From contig NC_092394.1 in the NCBI RefSeq assembly GCF_030028105.1, forward strand, positions 30,610,752-30,674,751: a DNA stretch of 64,000 nucleotides. The letters run 5' to 3'. Made by a program: the position numbers and the translations under genes. The notes beneath the pieces were generated by a model. It saw nothing but the letters and a program-made list of their open reading frames with translations, had not been told where the DNA came from and searched no databases. This document shows, one piece after another, positions 1 to 14,550 of this stretch (its first letter is position 1; each line of letters begins with the position of its first letter). This stretch comes from Mobula birostris. Lineage: Eukaryota.

Positions 1-352
1 GCTGGAAGCTCATTCCACACAGCTACCACTCTGAGTAAAGAAATTTCCCCTAATGTTACCCCTAAACTTGTGTCCTCTAACTCTCAACCCATGTCCTCTT
101 GTTCGAATCTTCCCCACTCTCAATGGAAAAAGTCTAACCATGTCAACTCTATCAATCCCCTTCATAATTTTAAACACCTCTATCAAGTCCCCCCTCAACC
201 TTCTATGCTCCAAAGAATAAAGACCTAACTTGTTCAACCTTTCTCTGTAACTTAGGAGATGAAACCCAGGCAACATTTTAGTAAACCTCCTCTGTACTCT
301 CTCAATTTTATTGACATCTTTCCTATAATTCGGTGACCAGAACTGTACACAA
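1..352 (-). mobile_element. CR1 LINE ORF2 3' fragment (continues off the window edge)
   Basis: ORF 10..426 encodes CVQFWSP..IERVQRRFTKMLPG..LGLYSLEHRRLRGDLIEVFKI, the typical CR1 ORF2 C-terminus. Confidence 0.9.
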
Positions 353-359
353 TTAAGTC

Positions 360-590
360 TACAATCAGTTCCTTGATCTGACATTGAGTGAGAAGCTATT
401 ATTACATCACTCAGCCAAATTTTCAATCTCTATCCTGTATGCTGATTCATCACCTCCTTTGATATGGCCAAGTGGTATCATCAGCAAACTTGTATCCGGT
501 GTTGGAGATGTACTTAGCCATAGTCATAGGTGTAAAGCAAGTAGAGTAAGGGGCTAAGCACACATCCCTGTGGTGCTCCTGTGCTGATGG
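360..590 (-). mobile_element. Rex1/Babar-like LINE RT fragment
   Basis: The minus strand reads GAPQGCVLSPLLY..YTYD and YKFADDT-like RT motifs. Confidence 0.7.
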
Positions 591-2285
591 TAATCTTAAT
601 GACATAAACAAGTTAAAACATAGCATAGATTGAGGAGGAATGAGGGGTTCTCTACTTTAGTAATACAAAACGGGATATTATTTAAATGAAAAGACAGCAG
701 AGGTAGCTACAAATGGGATCTGGATTCTTTGCACAAGAATTAACAAGTATGCAGATAAAGCAAAGAAATAAAAAAAAGGTCTTGTAATAAAAGGAGAGGA
801 AATGAAGTCTTGTTTGATTATACAGTGAATTAGTCAGGTTGTATTTGGAGAAAGGTACATAGCTCTGCGTGCATTTAAGGATATATATACTACTTTAGAG
901 GCAATTCTCAAAAGCATCACTAGTAAGTTCCTGTGATAAAGGAGCTGCTCTATAAAGAGAGAGTTAGTTGCCTTTATGTATATTCATTACTTTTAGAATG
1001 AAGAGTAACTGCACAAATACCAGGGAAAATTCTGAGATGGCTTGACAGGGTAGCACTTCCCACCTTAAGGAATTGGCTATTTTATCACAGATAAGGAATG
1101 TCTTACCTCAAGAGCCATGGCTTTGGAATCATCTTCCAATGAACTCTGTAGGCAGAGTAATTAATGTACTAATGGGCAAAATATTGGATTAATGGAATAA
1201 ACAATGATTATAAAACAGGAAATTCCAAAGTTCAAAGTAAATTTATTATCCAAGTACATACATGTAACCAAGTACTACCTTGAGATTCCAAGGTGCAGCC
1301 AAGCCCAAAGGTCAGCACACCCTTGTCTTCATTAATGATACAGCAGCTCAAGGAACAACAGTCAACCACTGCTCATTAAAATTTGAATTACAAAGCAACT
1401 GTACTTTTAAAATCCTTATTTATTTCAGCATTAATAACTAAAAGCTACACCTCAAGAATTAAAGTGTTCTATCTTAACTGCTCTAATCAATTTAGCAATT
1501 TTTCTTTTTAAATATTAAATTGACAAAGCTTAGAAGAATTAATTACATTGAAATACTGTACTTAAAGGGACATCATAATGAAGGTCGAATTCATGCTATA
1601 AAATCCAATTGCATTCATGTTCTGCAGGGTTGATATCTCTTCATTCAGGGGAAAACTTGTCCAGACTCCACCCCCACCCTTCTTCTTGATTGAGACAAAT
1701 TGGTGTCAAGGATATTGCAGCCAAAATTTCCTAATCTATCAAGATTAGAGATTAAAGATTTTTTAAGCAAACATTGATCTACATCTAACTGTAGAACCAC
1801 AACAAAATCATTGAGCTCTTGTAGATGAAGTTTCTGTATATGATTTGCAAAGTAACTTAAAATAGATAAGATAACCAATATGCACTCTTAGAAACAAGGA
1901 CATTTTCGGAGGATTCTGAACTGAAAGTGTGATGAGGCGATATAAAATTCTGATCAAACAATTGCAACTTCATTCACCCTTTCATTAACTCAGGTTTGGA
2001 TGGAATATTCATCCACAACACAAAAACAAAATCATGCCATCTCTCCAGTATAAAATTGCTTTCAGCAGAAACACTAGCTTCTATGCAATCTGAAGTTGGA
2101 AGGTAGAATCTTTATTGCATTTTCTTTTTGGGGCATGACTCCTTAAGTGTCAAAGAGATGAAATCATGTTTCTAGAACAAACTACAATTAAACAGGAAAT
2201 ACCAGCCTTTTAACCAACACAATAACAAGACGAAATCAGGGTCAATCCTGCCACGTGGCTGTAAAAGATGAAGCCTATTCCATTG

Positions 2286-3947
2286 ACACAAGGAAATCTG
2301 CAGATGCTAGAAATTCAAGCAATGCCCACAAAAAATGCCGGTGAACACAGCAGGCCAGGCAGCATCTATAGGAAGAGGTACAGTTGACGTTTCAGGTCAG
2401 GACCTTTTGTCAGGGCTAACTGAAAGAAGAGATAGTAAGAGATTTGAAAGTGGGAGGGGGAGGGGGAGATCTGAAATGATAGAAGACAGGAGGGGAGGGG
2501 TGGATCGGATCTAAGAGCTGGAGAAGAGAGAGGATCATGGGACAGGAAGCCTGGGGAAAAGGAGAAGGGAGGGGGAGGGGAGCCCGGAGGGTGGAAAGCA
2601 GGCAAGGAATTATAGTGAGAGGGACAAAGAAAGAAAAGAGAAAAAAAGGGGAACAAAATTTTAAAAATATATAAAATAAATAAATAAGGGATGGGGTGTG
2701 AAGGGGAGGACAGGCATTAACGGAAGTTAGAGAAGTCAATATTCATGACATCAGGTTGGAGGCTACCCAGACGGAATATAAGGTGTTGTTCCTCCAACCT
2801 GAGTGTGGCTTCATCTTGACAGTAGAGGCCGTGGATAGACATATCAGAATGGGAATAGGATGTGGAATTAAAATGTGTGGCCACTGCGAGATCTTGTTTT
2901 CTCTGGCGGACAGAGCGTAGGTGTTCAGCAAAACCGTCTCCCAGCCTGCGTCGGGTCTCGCCAATACATAGAAGGTCACACCAGGAGCACCAGATGCAGT
3001 ATATCACCCCAGCCAACTCACAGGTGAAGTGTCGCCTCACCTGGAAGGACTGCCTGGGGCCCTGAATGGTGGTGAGGGAGGAAGCGTAAGGGCATGTGTA
3101 GCACTTGTTCCGTTTACAAGGATAAGTGCCGGGAGGGAGATCGGTGGGAAGGGATGGGGGGAACCGAATGAACAAGTGAGTCGTGTAGGGAACGATCCCT
3201 GCGGAAAGCAGGGGGGGGGGGGGAGAAGAGAGGAAAGATGTGCTTGGTGGTGGGATCCCGTTGGAGGTGGCAGAAGTTACGGAGAATTATACGTTGGACC
3301 CGGAGGCTGGTGGGGTGGTAGGTGAGGACAAGGGGAACCCCATTCCTAGTGGGGTGGCAGAAGGATGGGGTGAGAGCAGATGTGCGTGAAATGGGAGAGA
3401 TGCGTTTAAGAGCAGAGTTGATGGTGGAGGAAGGGAATCCTCTTTCTTTAAAAACGGAAGACATCTCCTTCGTCCTGGAATGAAAAGCCTCATCCTGAGA
3501 GCAGATGCAGCGGTGACCGAGGAATTGCGAGAAAGGGATGGCATTTTTGCAAGAGACAGGGTGGGAAGAGGAATAGTCCAGGTAGCTGTGAGAGTCCATA
3601 GGCCTGTGAGAGTAGATATCAGTAAATAAGCTGTCTCCAAAGAGAGACAGGAAGATCAGGAAAGAGGAGGGAGGTGTCGGAAATGAACCAGGTAAACTTG
3701 AGGGCAGGGTGAAAGTTGAAGGCAAAGTTAATGAAGTCAACGAGCTCTCAGCACGCGTGCAGGAAGCAGTGCCAATGCAGTTGTCAACGTAGCGAAGGAG
3801 AAGAGGGGGGACAGATACCAGTATAGGCTTGGAACATGGATTGTTCCACAAAGCCAACGAAAAGGCAGGTATAGCTGGGACCCATACAGGCGCCTGTGGC
3901 TACACCTTTAGTTTAGAGGAAGTGGGAGAAGCCAAAGGAGAAACTGA
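2286..3947 (-). mobile_element. Penelope-like element, 5'-truncated (RT C-terminus, GIY-YIG endonuclease, pLTR)
   Basis: ORF 3114..3857 contains LRYVDNCIG and SYLDYSSSHP..CKNAIPFSQF. ORF 2717..3175 contains GVIYCIWC..CIGETRRRL..EHLRSV (GIY-YIG). A degenerate hammerhead lies at 2382-2417. The element is frameshifted. Confidence 0.9.
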
Positions 3948-6567
3948 TTGTCAAAACTACAGGACTCTTGAAACCAGTTTTAATATGCCTCACCACCCTT
4001 TCAGACAGCAAGTCTCAGATCATGGCTACATAAATGTGCTTTACCTCATATCACCCCCATAATTAGACAAGCTGAGGCATCCAAAAAAACCCCACTAATG
4101 TACAAGTTGCTAGCCAGAAAGAAAAAACGCATGAACAGTATTGAGGTTATGCTCAATACCTGTAACCTATAAAATCTGAAATTGTTTAAAAATTATCCAA
4201 GTAGCTAAGCCACAGAGTTCATTTCCCTACAAAATGAAAGCCCATCAAGTTTTAGCATTCACAAAGGAATCCCATTCCCATTATTTTCCATGTAACCTAT
4301 TCTCCCCATGTTCACATCAATTACCACCAGATTTTACCTTTTACCTTCTCATTACGGGCAATTTAAATAGCCAATTAACCTACTTATGCACACATCTGTG
4401 ACCTGCTAAAAGAAACCAGAGGTCCAGATTGAACCCAAATTACCATGAAAAAAAACACTAAGTTTGCTCCTACTTGCAATCAAAAAATCCCTGCTTACAC
4501 AACACAACATGGTGCTGTCATCTTTACTGCTGTAAATGTTTACATTTTCAATTAGTTGGTCACTAAAAGATTTAATAAAAGGGTGTGAGAGAAAAGTAAA
4601 TAATGGAGAACTATAATGAATACTAACTTGTATTTGTCCTTGGATAGACAAAACCACATTCCCAGTGAATTTATACACTGTGAATAGAGAAGCGCTATAA
4701 TCAGGGTTTAATATTTTGTGCAGTTGCCAACATTGTACTTCCAGCTTTAAAGCCAGATTTGACCAAATATCTCTCAGAACTTAGTCACATCAAATTTAAT
4801 ATATTAAGTACTTCAAATAATGAAAATAAATTTAAAATACTGTAAATATTCAGGTTTGAGAGCATCTGGAGTGAGAATATTTCAAAGTCAGGCCAAGTTG
4901 GAAATCATAAGCACTTTTAAGTCATAGATAACATCAAGAATGGAGGCTCTGCCTGTGATAAGAGTGAAGATAAGACTAGTGACAGGAACTGGTAGTCCCA
5001 GTTGAGAGGGGGTAAAGGCTTGTCCCTAGATCATCTGCAAGTGGCTTTTAAGTAGGGTGAGGATGACCTGGTCAAAATTGTATCTCCCTCTTCCTTGTTC
5101 CACTGCAGCACCTCCAGATGAAGCTGCCAAAATTGAAAGGGTCCACTAAGGTTTTAATGTCAGTAGTGTTCCTAGATCTTCATTGCCCTGCATACTCTTG
5201 GTTCTCCTTATCCACCAACTTCACCAACTCAAAACATTTAATTCCTAACACTTCCTACTGTTGGTAAAATATCAGACTTGAACCATCTCCACTGCTATGT
5301 GACCTGTCGAGTACTTCCAGCACCTTCATTTTAGTGTACTGTTCTTAAAACTTGTGACTCATCATAGTCCATAGAAAAACCAAAAAAATTATAGCTGTTA
5401 CCACAAGGTCTTAACAAAGTGACATTCTATGTTACTATTTTACAAAATATTTTTCCCTGAGATCTTTAAACTGTTTGGATCAGCTAACATGGACAGGAAA
5501 ACAGAACTGGAGAGCCTTTGTCAGTCTTTCATTGTAATATTAGTTTTCATGTAGGAAATTTGAGACATCGCCATAATGTATGCTAATCTAAACCTAGGCA
5601 ATTTTGCAGTTGCATCATTGCATATATTTGGAGAGGAATAACAGCAAAAAATGCCTCAAAGCTGAATGATGTTAAAATTTTCTATCAATAAACCCAAATT
5701 AAGAACATCCACTAACGAAAACCAAAATTAATTAAAATGTCCAGATCAAACATCCACTGTCACTCAAAAAATACTTGGATGAGGTGTCCGGAAGGAACCT
5801 GCACCCTTTTGTTGTAGAGAGGAAAAACATTACAGCAAGTGTATTTTGAAGAGCACCATAGCTCATCATGTGGATTACTTAAATCCAATGCGGTAACATT
5901 TTCTTCTTTCAAACATGCTGCAAGACATAATTCATTGAATAAGACCAACCCATACAAAGCCAATTGGAAGATCCAATAATCAAAAGTGGACGTAAAACAA
6001 TGAAAACAAAATCTGTGCAATTCCAAATATATAGTTTAAGAACTTTATTTACCAATAATCAAATCAAACTGAAGCTTAATGTGCAGAGTTTAAAATATCA
6101 GAACCCGAGTTTGTATTAACCTATAACCACTAAAACCAGGAAAGTGATTTCAGAAACACTGGACTCTTAAATTTATCAGGTTTGAAAAAAAATGCATCTT
6201 CAGTATGCCACCTTACATTATGTCAAGACCTTACAAGCTTCCTATCAAAAAGAAAACTCACTCACCCCCATGCTGTCACAGCCCCAGCTTTCAGCAAAGA
6301 ACTGCTCATACACTATTTTTCAAAATTCTTCAAAATAACTGTTCACAATTATAAACTTAATTCAAAATTCTTCTGGCAATACCTTAACGAACATGCCTAC
6401 TAACCATCACTCCAATGTTCAATGACCAATAATGGCATTAAAAAAAACTTATGTCACCCCATAAATGGTCAAAACTTCCAGATGCTAACACGGAATATAA
6501 TATCAACATGCCTATCCTTTGACCAAACTTTTACTCATCCCTTGGCTTGGTGCATATCATTATTTAT

Positions 6568-6765
6568 TTAGAGGTATCCTTCTGGTCCAATGAGCCTGCA
6601 CTGCCCAATTACACCCATGTGACCAACTAACCTACTAACCCATGCATCTTTGGAATGTGAGGGGAAACCAGGGTACCTGGAGGAAACCCACACAGTCACT
6701 GGGAGAACATACCAAGTCCTTACAGGGAGCAGCTGGAACTGAACCCAGGTCACTGGTGCTGTAAT
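6568..6765 (-). mobile_element. V-SINE (HE1-like) tRNA-derived SINE
   Basis: The minus strand has the B-box-like GGGTTCAGTTCC followed by the V-domain-like gtatgttctcccagtgactgtgtgggtttcctccagg..ccaaagatg. Confidence 0.75.
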
Positions 6766-6999
6766 AAATATTTCTGACACACGACTGTGTCATCGATCTA
6801 ATATTTATATTCATTACCGTAAAAAGATTTTCTGCCATGCTCACATCACTACTTCCAATATTGAAAAGGATCAAGTGTTTAATTTTACAATTACACAAAG
6901 GACAATTCACTTCTCACCAAAGGGAAAAAGGGATTGTTGTGAACTGGCAAAGACTCAATGACCTAAAGGAATGTGAAATAAGGACTTAACCATGATCAC

Positions 7000-7268
7000 T
7001 GGAGCACAACGATAACGTTGTGGTTAGTGTGATGCTATTACAGCTTAGGGCATCAGGGTTTGGAGTTCAATTCCGGCATCCTATATAAGGTTTGCATGTT
7101 CTTCCCGAGTGCGTATGGGTTTCCACCAGGTGCTCCAGTTTCCTCCCAGTCCAAAGACGCAATGCAGTGGAACGGTTGGCATGTTAATTGGTCATTATAA
7201 ATTATCCAGCTATTTGGGTTAAGTTGGTGGGCTGCTGGGTGGCGTGGCTCCGCGCTGTATTTCTAAAC
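7000..7268 (+). mobile_element. V-SINE (HE1-like) tRNA-derived SINE
   Basis: A-box-like tggttag, B-box gagttcaattcc, then gtttgcatgttcttcccg..gggtttcc..ggtgctccagtttcctcccagtccaaagacg. Confidence 0.8.
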
Positions 7269-8994
7269 AAAAAAAATCTCTTGATTGCTATACTCATTTT
7301 AAAACTATTGGACTAATTTCTGCCAAACTAGAAAGACGGCAGGCAGTTTCTTTCTAAAGAAATATTGGGAAAGCCTATTTCAATCACACAATTCATAATA
7401 CATGACAGGGAAAACAAGTTGGATAACAGGATTGTTGTGAACTGGAATAAACTCAATGGCTTAAAGGAATCAGCAACTCCCACCTCTCAAGTTATCACCC
7501 AGTCAGATGTCATTGCACCTAAGTTTCACTATTTCAATACACTCTTGGTTGACTTTTCTCTGGACATTTTCCACCAGAATCTAAAAAATTTGTCAGCATT
7601 CTACCTCAGAACAAGACCCATTTACCCAAACTAGCAAAACCTTCATCACTACAATCTACAACACTATAACCAGTTTGCTGCGTTAAATAGACTTTTTTGG
7701 TTCTACTTGGGTTTTCTTGTGAAGGCTGTATATAAATTGTTTGATTCACGTTTCTCTTGTGAATTCTCCTTATATGACGCTACAAGTCTGTGATACTGCA
7801 AGGAAGTGTTTCATTGCACCTGTGGATACATATACTTGCACATATGGCAATAAACAATTTTGACCTTGATCTTCGCTGATGGCCTGAATTTTAAATTTCC
7901 CATCAACTTCAAATCCCTGTAACCTTGCACTATTTCTAACCACTGCAACCCTGCGCTCCGAATTCCTGCACACCCCGTTGTCCAGCTGCTCAAGGCATAA
8001 CCTCTAACTGTATAATGCTCTTTGAAATCTGATCCTTGACTAGGCTTTAGATCACCTGTGATAGTCAGGGTTAACTCGCACTTGCTGCAGTGACCCATTT
8101 TGGGCGGCCTCACCAATTCTGACTATCAGCCTAGATTTCAGTGAATTAAATGTACAATCTAACAAGCATAACCAAAGAGCCAAGTAACAAAAGTAGTTCA
8201 AATCCTCAATCATCTCCAAGAATTAATATTCACATCAGCATATAACAGAAACAATTATAAAAAACTGAAAGAATGGTGAAATAGGTTCAACATTTCTAAA
8301 GATGGAATGGTGAAAGTAATTAAACAGAACAGCTGAAAGTCTGCCACAATTAGTAGGAAAAAGTGAGGTGGGAAAAGGTGGGAGAAGTGGAAAAGGAGCA
8401 TCCAAGGGCAAGGCAAAAGTACATTTTAAATTTCACATGCACAGACGTAGGCACTGGCTACCTAATGCAAACTCAAGTTCAATGTGTACAAAGAAAAAGA
8501 GAAAAAAAATCACAGATTTAGCTCAGAACTGACTGGCCAAATCTCCATAAAATAATATACTTAAGGCTATTTACTATAGCACATTCTTGGGTTAACTGCT
8601 CACAAATAGGTGGAAGAATGCAAGCAACATAGGAAGTGATTCCTAGTTTGATTATGTGGTTTTGCTATGAAGCCTGGCTGCCTAACCTGTTCCCAATGGG
8701 ACTTGACAGTTTGTATCACTTTCTGCATCAAAAAGGTTCCAAGTTATCATTCAGAGAAATCAGTTGTGTTTTAATTTTCTGCCTCAGCGGACCACTGAGA
8801 GAGGCAGGCACCACAATAAACTGGATTGTACTGATGTAGAAAGTGGAAGGGGTAGAATGGATGTAGGCAATGTGGCCTAAATAGGCACTTTCCAAACAGA
8901 ATATAGGAATTTAGTACAGAAATAGGTTATGCATCCCATTCCATTTTTTCCATCAAGTACCAATCTACGCTAATTTCCAACACATCATGTGTAG

Positions 8995-9167
8995 ATTTTC
9001 TAATCTCCCCCTCCCTGTTTCAAATCTCTTACTATCTCTTCTTTCAGTTAGTCCTGACGAAGTCTCTCGGCCCAAAACGTCAACTGTACCTCTTCCTATA
9101 GATGCTGCCTGGCCTGCTGCGTTCACCAGCAATTTTTATGTGTGTTGCTTGAAATTCCAGTATCTGC
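8995..9167 (+). mobile_element. Penelope pLTR fragment with degenerate hammerhead
   Basis: Same sequence family as 17821-18005. CTGACGA core at 9054, but GAAA is mutated to AAAA. Followed by a poly-G run. Confidence 0.8.
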
Positions 9168-9199
9168 CGGGGGGGGGGGGGGGGGGTCCTTCTATGCCT

Positions 9200-9740
9200 G
9201 CCAATTCAAGTGCTCATTAAGGTACTTTGTAAATGATGCAGGAATCTGTTCCTCCACCACTCCCTCAGGCAGTACACTCCCAATTCCACCCATTCTCTTT
9301 CTCTCATCCATTCTAAAACTCCTACACAGCCACCCCAAATCATGCCTTCCAATTTCAGGTAGGTCTCCTGTGGGGGCAAAGTTATTTGCTAGCCATACTA
9401 TACACGTCCCTCAATCTTTAACATCTCACGTATACCCCTTTACAGCCTCATCCACTAAGGAAAACAAACCCCAACTTATCCAGTCTCCCCTCTGAATTAA
9501 ACACTCCATCCTGGTAAATTCTTCCACATATTCTCTAGTATAATTATGTCCTCCCTACATATAGTAACCAGATCTGTACTCAAGACGCAGTCCAACCAAC
9601 ATTTTATGAAGTTGTATCAAAATCTCCTTGGCCTTGTATTTTATTCTTTGGATAATGAAGGCAATTATCCTGTATGCCTCGGTAACCAAAACACCTGTTC
9701 TGCTACCTTCAAGAAGCCTTGGACTTGTACACCAAGGTCT
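9200..9740 (-). mobile_element. Old degenerate CR1 3' fragment
   Basis: Residual similarity to the younger minus-strand CR1 copies (ctccaccactccctcaggcag, catcctggtaaat, cttggacttgtacaccaaggtc). Confidence 0.55.
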
Positions 9741-12739
9741 TTAACTTTCAATATGCATGTTGTCCCAAATGGCTCGACTCACAAACACTGAACACCAAAT
9801 GATTACCATCCTTTAATTAATCAACAAGTGCACAGCATGCAATTATATACCCATTTACATCAATGTGCCCAGGTTTACAAATATGAATGATTTCATGGAA
9901 TTGTGAATTTAAATGTAAAATTTTTGTCAAAACAAGCCAATATCACCAAAAATGCATGGCATAGCTTTAGCATTCTCAAAAAAATGAATATTTGCAGATT
10001 TCTTAAGCAAATTCTTCTGCTTAAAATACAAAAAAAGCTTTTCAAAAACTCACATGCAGCTTCCATTGTGATCTTAGCATGTTACAATACCATGGTCAGG
10101 TCATGCAAACCAAAATGCCTTTTGATCCCTCAAGTTAGTTCTGCCATTCTTTTACTTCAGCACCACTTGCTTGCATTAACACATGCGCTGTAACTCAGAA
10201 CCTGGCATCAGAGGGACTCTAATGATGACAAACTAGAAGATTTTCCCCGCTATTGGAGGCAATATTAATGTCCCAAAACACTTAATTTTTTTATATATAC
10301 AAAATATATTACACAGTAGTAATAGTAAATTTTCCAGTGAACCAGGTGAGACTAAAAATAGCACGAGAACCAGATGCCAAGCATTGAGGTATTCAGATTG
10401 GCACAGTTCATCATCTTTTGCATGTTGGGAGTTCATCCTGTGCGTGGCTTTTCATTGAGTGTGTTTCTTTGTATGTACTGGGAATGCCCACAAGAAAATG
10501 AATCTCTGGGTAGTATATGGTGACTTACGTAGCTTGATAATTTCAGAGTTTTACCGTATCCCTTAATTTCCTGATCATCCAATAATCTAGTGATATTTAC
10601 CTAAAATATGCCTAACAGAGCCTTTAGTCCTCAAGGCAGAGAATTCCATCCAAAAACATTTCTAATTAGTTCAGTCCTGAATGGCCAGCCGCTTAATTTA
10701 AGAATGTGACACCATGATCTCTGACTTCACAACCCAATTTTGTAGTTTTGTAATTTTGTACTTGAAGCCTTGACATATTAATCTTCATTTAACATTCCTA
10801 GGATGTTAATCTGACTTTGCATAAATTTTCCCATATACAATTTTAAAGCATTTACCCAAAATCATAATAATGTGCTTCATGGTATTCATTAATGGTTGCT
10901 TACAGTTTATTTTCCATGAATTTAATTACAGGCTATGCTGAGCTGAATATATGACAAAATGAAATGATACAAAGTTTACGTAGAATGACAGGACACAAGT
11001 AACTTTAGAAACAGGTGTATTAGGATTTGGTGACTTGGAGAAATGGGTTTATTGACAGTCGTCAAGAAAAAAATCCCTTGCATAACCCAGTGACTAACCA
11101 TATCTTTCCTTAAACAATAGACCAAACAGTATCCAATAGTCTAGATGTCCTTTTAGTGGGGTCCTATATAAACTGGAGAAAGACACTGTTATTCTTGTAT
11201 TAAATTCTTGCAACATTAACATATTGTTTGCCTTGCTATACCCTCATGTTAACTTTCAGTAATTCTTGTACAAAGACAAGCAGATTACAATGAATGTTAA
11301 CATCTTATGATCACTCAGCTTTTAAAAAATCCGAATTTCTACTTTTGGTACCAAAGTGGATGACCTCAGATTTTTTACCACAATGTATCCAAATCAGTTT
11401 CAACTCAAGAATGATCCATTCCAACACTTTAATCTTACTAAAGTCCTCAATCTACAAAAGTATACCAACTCCAATAGATGCTGTAATTTTGTTTAACAAT
11501 TGTGTCACAAGTATACATTTGCCACCTTCCAAACCATGGGAACTATTGGAATTTTGGAATATGACAACCACCTTCTTCAAAACCTTAGGATGCAGTCATT
11601 GGATTGCGTAGAATTAGCGGCTTTTAGTTCCATTTTCTGTAACTCTAAAGCTCAAATCAACTTTTTGTTTGCTGATATTAATTTCTTAGAGCTCTTCAAT
11701 CACTAAATCTGCAAGAAGTGCACTATTTCCAGTTCGTCAGTATGTCGAACACCATCCCTCCAGCATGACATAAACAGTTCTGTCTTTTGTTTTGGATTCC
11801 CCAATGCCACCCATCCAGCTCTGCAAGGTACCCACACTTGGGTAGTTACAAGCCTTCTCTTTGATCTATTACTTTCTTTACCTTCTCTTTACTGTCAAAA
11901 GAGACTAACTGCAAGGCACTAAAAATGGTTTGATTCATTTGAACTAGCAAATGGAGATCTACAGGGTCTCAGCTTGAAATGTTGATTTATTATTCTCCTT
12001 CATAGATGCTGCCTGACTAGCTGAGTTCCTCCAGCATTTTGTGTGCGTTGCTCAGGATTCCCAGCATCTGCAGGATCTCCTCTGTTTATAACTTAACTGA
12101 GCATTTTTTGGGGGGGGGGGGGGAGACAGGAGAAAGACAGTGCAAAAGCATAAAACAAATGGGAGACATGCCATCAGCAACAAGCTGGAAAGTGAACCTG
12201 TTCAATATGCAAAAGACAGTTCAATTGTAAAGGCCTACAGTCACTCAGTACCTAAAAGCAAGCATGACAAGCCACTTAAGGAAACGCAAATTAAAGAGGC
12301 AGTGTTCTTCAAGTGGTAAAGGTCCAGCAATAATAACTGCACGTTGACATTGAAATCTACGGACATTTTGTGATGATTAGGTAGACTATAAGTAGCCACA
12401 AACGGTGGGTAACAATTTTTTAAAAACCCTACATGCAGCCACCCTAATCTAACATAGGAAACTACACAAACTGGTGACTGGCTTAATTTTACGTCTTCAA
12501 AAGATATTTTGACAAGTCAACTCTGGACTACACAATAATATTATGAAGAAATATGTAAAAATATTAAAGATTAAATTTTGCAACTAACGCAAATACTCAT
12601 AACGTACCCCTATTCTAAAGAAACGACGAGAAGTTTGCGCTATAGGAAATATATCTTTGGCTCTAAAAATACTTGAGAAATTTTAAAGAAAGATATATCA
12701 TATAAACCAACGTTGAACTTCGCAACATAAAGCGCCCAA

Positions 12740-13810
12740 AACATGGCTTGCCAACCGGCCTAAGCAAACTCAAGTTTTATTGCCACGGACACCATTTCAT
12801 TCCTGCAAGCCGAGTGAGCAAGGACTTCGGCCTCTCTGCGGAAATTTCACTCCTCCTCATCACCGATAGAGGAGGTATCGAAGAGAGAGGGAAAAAAACA
12901 ACTAGTAGGCCCGGCTCAACAACCAGGGCCTACTGCGAAAGCCCGGGGCCCTGCTGGGGCCTCCTCACCCAGGCACGGGTGGTAAACGAAGGCCCTCCTT
13001 CGCGCGGCGTCGCCCTTATTTCACCCACCGTCAACGTGTCGTCGATGTAGAGCGGGATCTGCCTCTTCTCGAAGGGGAACTCTTCCTCGCCTTCCCTGCA
13101 GACGGCCACCAGGCGCGCCATGTCGACAGCCGAAGGGGAGAGGAGGGCCGGGCCGAGTTCGACAGAGAGAGGAGGGACAGGAAAGGGAGCGGAGCCTTGA
13201 CACCACCAACCGCCGCTACCTGACGGGCCGACGGCAAGACGGGTACGAGAGGCGGCTGCTGTCTGCGGGCACAGCAGCGGCAAGCTGGAGCTAAGGGGGC
13301 ACGGAGGGGAGGGGAGCTCAGGCCGAGAGGCGAGAGGCCGGGGCGGGATCTGAGCGGACCAGGCGCAGCCTCGCTCTGGCAGCGCCGCTCTCCACCAAAA
13401 TATTCGAATAAAAATGGAGCGCGTCAGAGCCGCAGCACCGCCGGCGCCGCCGTCCGCCCCGGCAAAGAGTCCCAGACAACCGGCTCCAGCCTCCACGTTC
13501 CCACCGCGGCCCGTGGCTCCCCTTCCCCGCCCTCATCTCGCCGCTTGGCCCAGCCGGATTTCTGAAAGGAAAGTTGGATTTCAGCCGCCGTTTCAGTCTT
13601 TTTCCTAGCAGGTACGGGATACGTGGCGACAGATTAAACAGCGACCTTTCGCCTCCCTCCACCCCCGCCCCATCTGGAGACGTTGGTGAAAGTAGTCCCG
13701 CGGCCGACGACGCGTGACCGCGGAGGGCAGTGCGGGAGCGCGCGCCCGGCGCGGTATTCGGGCGCTCATTCAAATTGTGCCAAGCAAGGGAGCGGTGTCA
13801 GGGGTAGCGT
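12740..13810. promoter_or_regulatory. CpG island / GGNBP2 promoter and 5' region
   Basis: Abrupt GC- and CpG-rich segment in an AT-rich background, surrounding the GGNBP2 start codon. Confidence 0.9.
13029..13121 (-). CDS. GGNBP2: Gametogenetin-binding protein 2 (ZNF403), first coding exon
   Basis: Encodes MARLVAVCREGEEEFPFEKRQIPLYIDDTLT, nearly identical to the vertebrate GGNBP2 N-terminus. ATG context is gacATGG. Phase-0 donor ACG|GTGGGT at 13028. The next exon (MVMEFP..) was not found in 1-13028, so the intron extends beyond the window. Confidence 0.95.
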
Positions 13811-14180
13811 CTTGGGTGTTTTTTATTTATTGTAGACTTTGTTGATTTGTGACTAATCGAATAGAACCAGCGAACTGGCCGGAGATAATAATGCATAACT
13901 GGGAATTTTTTCAAGTAAATTGCAGCTGGTGAATTATTTTTGAAAATAGGAAATTTCTACAACATAATCCCCTTGCAGGCAGTATTGTGGTAATGGTAAT
14001 AAGCTTGACAAGTATATTGTATGGTCACTTACTCCTTTTTTTCTCTATAGATGCTGCATTGCCTGCAGAGTATTCAAAGAAACCCAGTTTATTGTCATAT
14101 GCACAAGGAGACTTAGGTATCACAAGTACACGACATTAGATGCGCATTGCTCACACCAAAAACATAAATTATACAAGGAA

Positions 14181-14550
14181 GAATCAGATTTATTATCACT
14201 GATTTATATGACATGAGATTTGTGGTTTTACAGCAACAGGTATAATTGGAACAAAACAAAGTCTGTGATAGGCCATGGTGGTGTTGTACTGAGATAGTGA
14301 TTAAAGTTCTGCAAGTTTGGTCAGGAACTGAATGGTTGAAAGGTTCTTGAACCTGGTGATCTTGGACTTCAGGTGTCTGTACCTCCTGCCCGGTTGGTAC
14401 CTGCAAGATGATGGCATAGCCAGGAGAGACAGCACTTAATGTAGATACTACTGATGTGCAAGAATGTATTGGACTGAGCCCACTACAGTTTAGAATTACA
14501 ATTCTGCATATTCAGCACCGCCATACCAGACCACATTGCAACCATGTACA
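14181..14550 (-). mobile_element. Rex1/Babar-like LINE 3' fragment
   Basis: gaatcagatttattatcac tail, the reverse of the family's aataaacctgattc end, plus a degenerate ORF end (tgtacctcctgccc, ccataccagac). Confidence 0.65.

Noticed and set aside
1645-1878. 77-aa minus-strand ORF
   Set aside because: No recognisable homology and within the length expected by chance.
5760-6026. 88-aa minus-strand ORF or possible cassette exon in the GGNBP2 intron
   Set aside because: Non-ATG start, no similarity to GGNBP2 or any family I recognise, and a weak donor.
13212-13225. Minus-strand donor-like CAG|GTAGCG upstream of the GGNBP2 ATG as a 5'-UTR intron
   Set aside because: The only AG between it and the ATG is about 20 nt away, too close for an intron.
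12930-13496. 188-aa ORF read as a full protein
   Set aside because: Only the internal 31 codons match GGNBP2 and they end at a splice donor. The rest is open because GC-rich island sequence has few stop codons.
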